The notes beneath the pieces are model-generated. The model was given only the letters and a program-made list of their open reading frames with translations. It did no database searches and was not told where the DNA came from. Shown here in pieces: positions 58,993-64,000 of a DNA stretch of 64,000 nucleotides. The translations under genes and the position numbers were made by a program. The stretch's first letter is position 1. Every line of letters starts with the position of its first letter. The DNA is taken from positions 186,001-250,000 of IMG/VR virus record IMGVR_UViG_3300032046_000001. The stretch is one strand, 5' to 3'.

Positions 58993-59770
58993 TCTCCTTT
59001 TTTAATCTTTTATTCACCAATTCAAGTGATTTTTCTAATAATATTTTTTCGGCTTGATGACACCCAAATTGTGTACCAGACATTCCAGGAAAATAAAATT
59101 TATTCATTCCAAACATTGCCCATTCGAATATTCTGAATTTGATGAATTCTTCTTTAAATCGACCATCTAAGAAAGTTTCAAAATATATTTTTTTCATTGA
59201 TCTATGAAAATCTAATTTAAAACTTGACGATTCAATATGACCCAATTCATAATCTTGAAAATGTTCATATGAACGTTTAATACCATCTTGATATATCTGA
59301 TATTCTTTTTCTAGTTGTTCTCGATAGTTACAAATTCTACCACAATCATCTATACAAAAATTTGTCATCATTTCATAAATTTCTCGAAGAACAAACATAC
59401 CAGAACCTATAGTTTTTAAATCAAGTCCATCTTCTCTACTACAAACAAATGGTTTATCATAACAACTATCATAATGAGATATTTCAGTTATATTTTCTAA
59501 TTTATATCCAGTTTTGTTTTCGAGAAAATTTACGTGTTCAAGACAAGATGGATCTTTACGATCAATATCAATAGTTCCATAATCACCATAATCACCGTAT
59601 ATTGGTAAAGTGATTGGTGAATAGATACACCAAGGATATATCAAAATATTATTTGAATCACCAATTATATGATTTGGATACTTGGTTTTTTCTAATGGAA
59701 AATATACAACTTCGTCACCACAATGAATACTTAATCCTGATATAGAGCAGGTAACATTGAATGAACCCAT
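58880..59770 (-). CDS. Hypothetical phage protein
   Basis: MGSFNVTCSISGLSI start; 3' end overlaps the next gene by 113 nt. Confidence 0.6.
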   Translation of the reverse strand: MGSFNVTCSISGLSIHCGDEVVYFPLEKTKYPNHIIGDSNNILIYPWCIYSPITLPIYGDYGDYGTIDIDRKDPSCLEHVNFLENKTGYKLENITEISHYDSCYDKPFVCSREDGLDLKTIGSGMFVLREIYEMMTNFCIDDCGRICNYREQLEKEYQIYQDGIKRSYEHFQDYELGHIESSSFKLDFHRSMKKIYFETFLDGRFKEEFIKFRIFEWAMFGMNKFYFPGMSGTQFGCHQAEKILLEKSLELVNKRLKKENDYDYDDLDEHALLRMVHYINNLYGTLCHWWTQKRNK

Positions 59771-59913
59771 TATTCTTCTTCCTCTCTAATTTTCTTTTTT
59801 CTATTATAAATTTTTTTATTTGGTACTATTTTAGTTGTTGGATCTCTAGTCCATATTCTTCTAATCTTTTTAATAATCTCAAGTTCTGATATTTTATTTT
59901 TCATATTTTATAT

Positions 59914-60495
59914 TTAAACCTTGATATGATTCCAATATTTTTCAGTTCTTATGTTCGATATCATATTTGATGAAATATTATATATTTTGGAGATCTCTAT
60001 ATTTTTAAAATTTAATTTAAATAACATTTTTATTTGAATAATTTTTAAATTTGTTAATTTATGATTTCCCGATTTTTCACCAGATCTTTTAATACCAAAC
60101 ATTGGATTATTTTTTCCAATATAATTTCCTTTTGGATTATGATTATATGAATGTATTGGATGAAATTTCGATTCTAAGTTATCAACAAAATTATTTTTTT
60201 TATTCTCATCGACATGATGAATATCATAATCTTTTTTTAATTTTTCTTTAAAAGTTTCATAAATCAATCTATGAATATAAATTGTTTTTCGTTTATTATT
60301 ATTATTAAATAATCCTATTTTTAAATATCCATCTTTATTTTTATTTTGTTTTAATATTTTACAACAAATACCTCGACACTTTTTAAAACTTTTTATTCTA
60401 CCGAAATTACTTACTAAATAATCAGGAAAATTTTTTATAACTTTCCAGAACTCTCCTTCTAAATTATTAATATCTAAATTTTCATAAATTTTCAT
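59914..60495 (-). CDS. NUMOD4/HNH homing endonuclease with HTH
   Basis: EFWKVI...YLVSNFGRIKS; IHRLI; IHHVDENKKNN...NLE. Confidence 0.85.
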   Translation of the reverse strand: MKIYENLDINNLEGEFWKVIKNFPDYLVSNFGRIKSFKKCRGICCKILKQNKNKDGYLKIGLFNNNNKRKTIYIHRLIYETFKEKLKKDYDIHHVDENKKNNFVDNLESKFHPIHSYNHNPKGNYIGKNNPMFGIKRSGEKSGNHKLTNLKIIQIKMLFKLNFKNIEISKIYNISSNMISNIRTEKYWNHIKV

Positions 60496-60517
60496 TTTAA
60501 ATCTCCAAAAAAATAAA

Positions 60518-60600
60518 CGGAGAGGGTGGGATTCAAACCCACGGACCTTTCAGCCACTGATTTTCAAGATCAGTATCATAAATCACTCGATCACCTCTCC
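60518..60600 (-). tRNA. tRNA-Ser(UGA)
   Basis: GGAGAGG/CCTCTCC acceptor; CTGAT-ct TGA aa-ATCAG; long variable arm; no encoded CCA. Confidence 0.85.
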
Positions 60601-60607
60601 TTAAATC

Positions 60608-60811
60608 TTAATAAGTCACAAAACCATCTGGATCAACACCCAGATCATCAACTTCGATTTCAGTTTCTTCATAATCTCGATCATCCTGAATTTCAGGATG
60701 TAGTTTATAATATTTTTCCAAACCTTCTTCAGTAAATACACCAACAATGTTGGTTCCAGGAGCAATGTATGGATCATCAGGTATAGTTTTCGTTAAAAGA
60801 ATCAATTTCAT
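60608..60811 (-). CDS. Hypothetical protein
   Basis: AAAGGTGA SD; intact ORF. Confidence 0.55.
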   Translation of the reverse strand: MKLILLTKTIPDDPYIAPGTNIVGVFTEEGLEKYYKLHPEIQDDRDYEETEIEVDDLGVDPDGFVTY

Positions 60812-61007
60812 TCACCTTTCTAATATTTAATTTTAACGATTTTATCTTTGATTTATTCCGATCTTAATCGATTTAAATATACTAATTAAATTTCTAATTG
60901 ATTGAATAGTCAAAATAATCATAAGTATGCCAATTATCATCAATAATATTCCAATTATATAATCAAACATTAATTGTGCCCTTTCGAAATAAAAAAATAA
61001 AAACATT

Positions 61008-61084
61008 CGAGACGGATCGGAACAATCGCTATTTAACCACCACCCATTATGGGAATAGTGCGATTTTATTTCCGATCCGTCTCG
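61008..61084. repeat. Long GC-rich inverted repeat/hairpin
   Basis: CGAGACGGATCGGAA (61008-61022) / TTCCGATCCGTCTCG (61070-61084), perfect 15 bp plus inner pairing. Confidence 0.8.
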
Positions 61085-61108
61085 TCATCATTCGAATTCA
61101 CAATCTTC

Positions 61109-61125
61109 GAGATCCCCAAATCTCA
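61109..61125. repeat. Left inverted repeat flanking the secreted-protein gene
   Basis: GAGATCCCCAAATCTCA; reverse complement matches 62032-62047 with one indel. Confidence 0.7.
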
Positions 61126-61141
61126 ATTCAGTGAAGGAACC

Positions 61142-61990
61142 TTAGTGGTTCAGAAGATATTCATACGCAGTGGCGAGTTCATCACCCAGGATATCAACCG
61201 GAGGCACACCAGGATACCTTCTCAATGTATATTCAATATCCTGGAAGAAAATCTTCCGGTAGTCATCGGGATCAATCGTTCCGAAGAAGCGCAGCGAATC
61301 AATTATCGGATGTACATATGGTATCACCGGATTTATTTCCATACCAATTATCAAAAATGGGAGAACCGATCGCCGGGCAAATTTGTATTGTGGGATAATT
61401 GCGCCCAACTGACCTTTTGTACAGTATATGTACATATCGAGAAGTTTTTCCTGGCCTCGATATTGAAGAGGTGTCTGGCCGAGAGTACATGTGTATTGGG
61501 TATAGTTGTTATAGTAGGACCAGAAATGGGACAATTCGTGGTCGATCATGCCGATGAGTATATCATCATCACAACCACAGAATGATGTCAGGAAATCGGT
61601 ATTCATTACCCAATAGATATTGTATGGACCATCATATAAGATGTGTGGAATAGTCCATGATGGTTCGCCTTCAGCAAATGTAACGGTACTTGGCCATGCG
61701 GGAGACATAACATATACATTGTCTTCACTGGATGTTAATCCATACTCGGCCAGCCGATATGCGGCATTATTGGTGGTCATATCATTTGTTACCAGGATGA
61801 CCTTGATCTTATGTTGCCATGTTGGGAATTCGATACTCCAATACTTAACAAGAGCATGTTTCCATGCTTTTTCAGCCGATTCGACAGTCAGAGGAAAGTA
61901 CTGGCTATCAGCGAAACTGGTATTAACTATACCGAAAATCAAAGCCAATGTTAAAAATACCATTGCGAACTTCACAGTAAAAATTTTCAT
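61142..61990 (-). CDS. Secreted zincin-like (HExxH) protein
   Basis: Signal peptide MKIFTVKFAMVFLTLALIFGIVNTSFA; IDHELSHF; elevated GC. Confidence 0.6.
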   Translation of the reverse strand: MKIFTVKFAMVFLTLALIFGIVNTSFADSQYFPLTVESAEKAWKHALVKYWSIEFPTWQHKIKVILVTNDMTTNNAAYRLAEYGLTSSEDNVYVMSPAWPSTVTFAEGEPSWTIPHILYDGPYNIYWVMNTDFLTSFCGCDDDILIGMIDHELSHFWSYYNNYTQYTCTLGQTPLQYRGQEKLLDMYIYCTKGQLGAIIPQYKFARRSVLPFLIIGMEINPVIPYVHPIIDSLRFFGTIDPDDYRKIFFQDIEYTLRRYPGVPPVDILGDELATAYEYLLNH

Positions 61991-62031
61991 GCTTTTTCTC
62001 CCTTTTCAATATAGGTGTTAAATAATATAAG

Positions 62032-62048
62032 TGAGATTGGGGATCTCA
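62032..62048. repeat. Right inverted repeat
   Basis: TGAGATTGGGGATCTCA. Confidence 0.7.
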
Positions 62049-62055
62049 GATAAAT

Positions 62056-62136
62056 TGGGAGGTCATATCGGATTCGAACCGATGCCTTCGAATTCGCGCG
62101 TAACCCGAAACTCTGGCCACTGAGTTTAATGACCTC
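62056..62136 (-). ncRNA. Aberrant tRNA-like RNA (His-type G-1:C73 acceptor, extended anticodon arm)
   Basis: G-AGGTCAT/ATGACCT-C-CCA; canonical T arm ATCGG-TTCGAAT-CCGAT; 7-bp anticodon stem with loop ACGCGCG. Confidence 0.6.
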
Positions 62137-62152
62137 ATAAAAATTCAAATAG

Positions 62153-62226
62153 GGTGAGGTACGAGATTCGAACTCGTATATCTGGATTCACAGTCCAGCA
62201 CCTGTCTCCGTTCGGTTAACCCCACC
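62153..62226 (-). tRNA. tRNA-His(GUG)
   Basis: CTGGA-ct GTG aa-TCCAG; encoded G-1 opposite C73. Confidence 0.85.
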
Positions 62227-62233
62227 ATAAAAA

Positions 62234-62306
62234 TGAGCTGTACTGGATTCGAACCAGTGACGACTTCATTAAAAGTGAAGTGCTCTACCAACTGAGCTAA
62301 CAGCCC
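62234..62306 (-). tRNA. tRNA-Lys(UUU)
   Basis: GGGCTGT/ACAGCTC; CTTCA-ct TTT aa-TGAAG. Confidence 0.92.
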
Positions 62307-62317
62307 GTAATTTCAAG

Positions 62318-62389
62318 CGACACTATGGAGAATCGAACTCCAGTTAGATGATCGACAGTCATCTGTCCTAACCACTGGACGATAGTGCC
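62318..62389 (-). tRNA. tRNA-Asp(GUC)
   Basis: GGCACTA/TAGTGTC; GATGA-ct GTC ga-TCATC. Confidence 0.9.
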
Positions 62390-62399
62390 ATTTTATAAT

Positions 62400-62456
62400 C
62401 GAACTGAAGGAATCGAACCTCCATTCACCAGAAGCAAGAATGGAATTGAACCATTA
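62400..62456 (-). pseudogene. Two tRNA T-arm remnants
   Basis: GGAGG-TTCGATT-CCTTC and AATGG-TTCAATT-CCATT without recognisable D or anticodon arms. Confidence 0.45.
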
Positions 62457-62485
62457 ATGATATGCCTATCACCATTACTCGATAA

Positions 62486-62559
62486 CAGGTCAGAGAGGAT
62501 TTGAACCCCCGATCTTCGGATTTGGAGTCCGATGTTCTACCAAATTGAACTACTGACCT
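62486..62559 (-). tRNA. tRNA-Trp(CCA)
   Basis: AGGTCAG/CTGACCT; TCGGA-ct CCA aa-TCCGA. Confidence 0.92.
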
Positions 62560-62662
62560 ATTTGAGATTTCAGAAATGATATCCAATCAATATTCCATAA
62601 TTATAACCACCAATATCGACTTTTTCACTAAAAATTAAAATAACATTTGGATCGGTATCAGA

Positions 62663-62855
62663 TTAAAATAATGGAACTATATGAAAATTAATAGGAATAC
62701 CACATCCGGTACACCCTTCAATACATGAACTTTTTTCAGGCATCAGATCGAAAAATTCCAATGCCTTTCTCACTTTATGGCACTTCTCAGGGGGTTGGTA
62801 CGTCAAATGTAATATATTCATTTAGTACAGTTCCTTCAACATGTAATACATCCAT
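62663..62855 (-). pseudogene. Paralog of 63706-63945 with a +1 frameshift in a C5 run
   Basis: GGAGG SD; MDVLHVEGT...FDVPTP|EKC...SSCIEGCTGCG; C5 at 62790-62794 gives ACC CCC TGA; span 193 nt = 3n+1. Confidence 0.7.
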
Positions 62856-63071
62856 TTTGATTCCTCCTAATTAGAAATCGATTTGTAAACTTATTGTATC
62901 TTTTTCAATTCCGTCATCATCTGTTTCTTCGAACACAATTTCTTCAATTTCAGTTTGACTTGCAAAACCATCATCATAAACCAAAACTTCTACATCACCA
63001 TGTTTTTTAATAATTTTTTCAATCCTATCAATTAATTCTGATGCTAACATAAATACCCCTTTTTAAAAAAT

Positions 63072-63201
63072 TGGTCGCACCGTGGAGATTTGAACTCCAA
63101 TCCGAATAGCCGATCAAGCTATCCAATCCTTTGATTAAACTCTGCCCATATACAACTATGGCGGACTTTATTTAATCAGATCCCTATTAGACGACGGTGC
63201 T
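63072..63201 (-). ncRNA. 130-nt tRNA-like RNA with a hairpin insertion in the D loop
   Basis: AGCACCG/CGGTGCG-A-CCA; T arm TGGAG-TTCAAAT-CTCCA; D stem GTCT/GGAT interrupted by ~50 nt; 7-bp anticodon stem with loop TTGATCG. Confidence 0.6.
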
Positions 63202-63208
63202 AAATAAG

Positions 63209-63282
63209 TTGACGTGAAAGGACTTGAACCTTTGACCTAACGCTTATAAGGCGTTTGCTCTAACCAACTGAGCTACACGTCA
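63209..63282 (-). tRNA. tRNA-Ile(UAU)
   Basis: TGACGTG/CACGTCA-A; AACGC-ct TAT aa-GCGTT. Confidence 0.88.
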
Positions 63283-63299
63283 AACTATGATACTAAAAA

Positions 63300-63761
63300 T
63301 TAACCACCGAATGTTTGTCTGAATATTTCCCTAAATTCATTATATGGAATCATATTTTTTCCTTGTGATCCCTGGACACAAGTCATACCACAAAATTTTG
63401 AAATTTTGAGATTTTCAGTTGAATCTACTTGAAGCGGATTCTTTTCAAACACTGTTTGAGCTAAAGTTATACAAAAATCAGTATCTCTACCAATTCCTGC
63501 ATTATATGCAGCTTGATATATGGCGTATAAATTACCACACGCCTTTTCAAACTGTTCATTTTTTTGCTGTGTCTGTTCCAATTGGTTCTGACCTTGACTT
63601 GGAACTGGTGGAGCAACCGGATAATTTCTGGTACAACCAAAGAGTAATACCATCAACACAATTGAAAAAAGTTTTGCGTATCCCCTTTTCTTTGAATAAT
63701 TTAAATTAAAATGGCTGGAGAAGATCGATATCAATATTGAATCCGCATCCAGTGCATCCAT
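63300..63761 (-). CDS. Putative lipoprotein (true start probably downstream of 63706)
   Basis: Hydrophobic stretch ending in lipobox-like LLFGC, then a Pro/Gln linker. Confidence 0.5.
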   Translation of the reverse strand: MDALDADSILISIFSSHFNLNYSKKRGYAKLFSIVLMVLLFGCTRNYPVAPPVPSQGQNQLEQTQQKNEQFEKACGNLYAIYQAAYNAGIGRDTDFCITLAQTVFEKNPLQVDSTENLKISKFCGMTCVQGSQGKNMIPYNEFREIFRQTFGG

Positions 63762-63945
63762 CCGTGCAGGAGCTATTCACAGGAATGATGCTAAAGAATC
63801 CCAACGAGTCTCGTACTCGTGTACATATCGCAGGTGTAGGAACATTGAAGGTAATATGTTCGCCTGTGTCCATAGTACCTTCAACATGCAACGTTTCTTC
63901 AAATATGGAAAGATGTTTTACCTTATCTCTTTGAGATGAATTCAT
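63706..63945 (-). CDS. Small Cys-rich hypothetical protein
   Basis: GGAGG SD before ATG 63945; C...SSCTDGCTGCG. Confidence 0.6.
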   Translation of the reverse strand: MNSSQRDKVKHLSIFEETLHVEGTMDTGEHITFNVPTPAICTRVRDSLGFFSIIPVNSSCTDGCTGCGFNIDIDLLQPF

Positions 63946-63981
63946 TATAATTTCCTCCATTTAAAGTGTGATAAAAAATAG

Positions 63982-64000
63982 TGGCACTATGGAGGATCGA
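63982..64000 (-). tRNA. 3' end of a tRNA truncated by the window edge
   Basis: ...TCGATC-CTCCA-TAGTGCC-A: T loop, T stem and acceptor 3' strand. Confidence 0.5.

Noticed and set aside
58880-59003. 113-nt overlap between the 296-aa ORF and the small membrane gene, as another frameshift
   Set aside because: It would need an extra A (the opposite polarity to the other cases), and no paralog in the window shows the true C-terminus; unsupported.
60526-60735. 69-aa plus-strand ORF
   Set aside because: Antisense to tRNA-Ser and the gene at 60608-60811.
61008-61084. Integron attC site
   Set aside because: No RYYYAAC/GTTRRRY boxes at the hairpin ends and no integrase in the window.
61049-62021. Plus-strand ORFs 61049-61585 and 61620-62021
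   Set aside because: Shadows of the GC-richer - strand gene, which has a signal peptide, SD and HExxH motif.
63072-63201. Archaeal bulge-helix-bulge intron in the tRNA-like RNA
   Set aside because: A 3-nt AAA bulge beside a 4-bp helix exists, but on the wrong side for canonical BHB geometry, and the second bulge is absent.
1-64000. Alternative genetic code (TAG or TGA reassignment), known in some large phages
   Set aside because: Multi-kb genes are intact under code 11; TAG and TGA end genes at tight junctions such as ATGA overlaps; no suppressor tRNA is seen and tRNA-Trp is CCA.

Overview
AT-rich 64 kb fragment of a large (probably jumbo) contractile-tailed, T4-like dsDNA phage. It uses the standard genetic code and GGAG-type Shine-Dalgarno sites; the host cannot be identified from this window. 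Layout: (i) 1-13.8 kb, + strand: holin-like gene and two tail sheath paralogs, the second carrying a ~1660-aa insertion of 36 Kelch-like repeats. (ii) 13.9-35.7 kb, - strand: accessory arm built from expanded paralog families. It includes 12 genes sharing the N-terminal motif MK(I/V/L/A)Kxx(F/Y)VTNSSS downstream of a radical SAM/SPASM enzyme, a 7-gene array chained by dual-coded 11-nt overlaps, and thyX. (iii) 35.8-58.6 kb: virion morphogenesis genes (tail tube, gp25/gp26/gp6-like baseplate, tape-measure-like, terminase large subunit) interspersed with free-standing homing endonucleases. (iv) 58.8-64 kb, - strand: tRNA cluster with six canonical tRNAs (Ser, His, Lys, Asp, Trp, Ile-UAU), two aberrant tRNA-like RNAs and an inverted-repeat-flanked secreted zincin-like gene. 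The best candidate for an undescribed system is the radical SAM + VTNSSS-motif array. All calls are by eye; no database searches were run.
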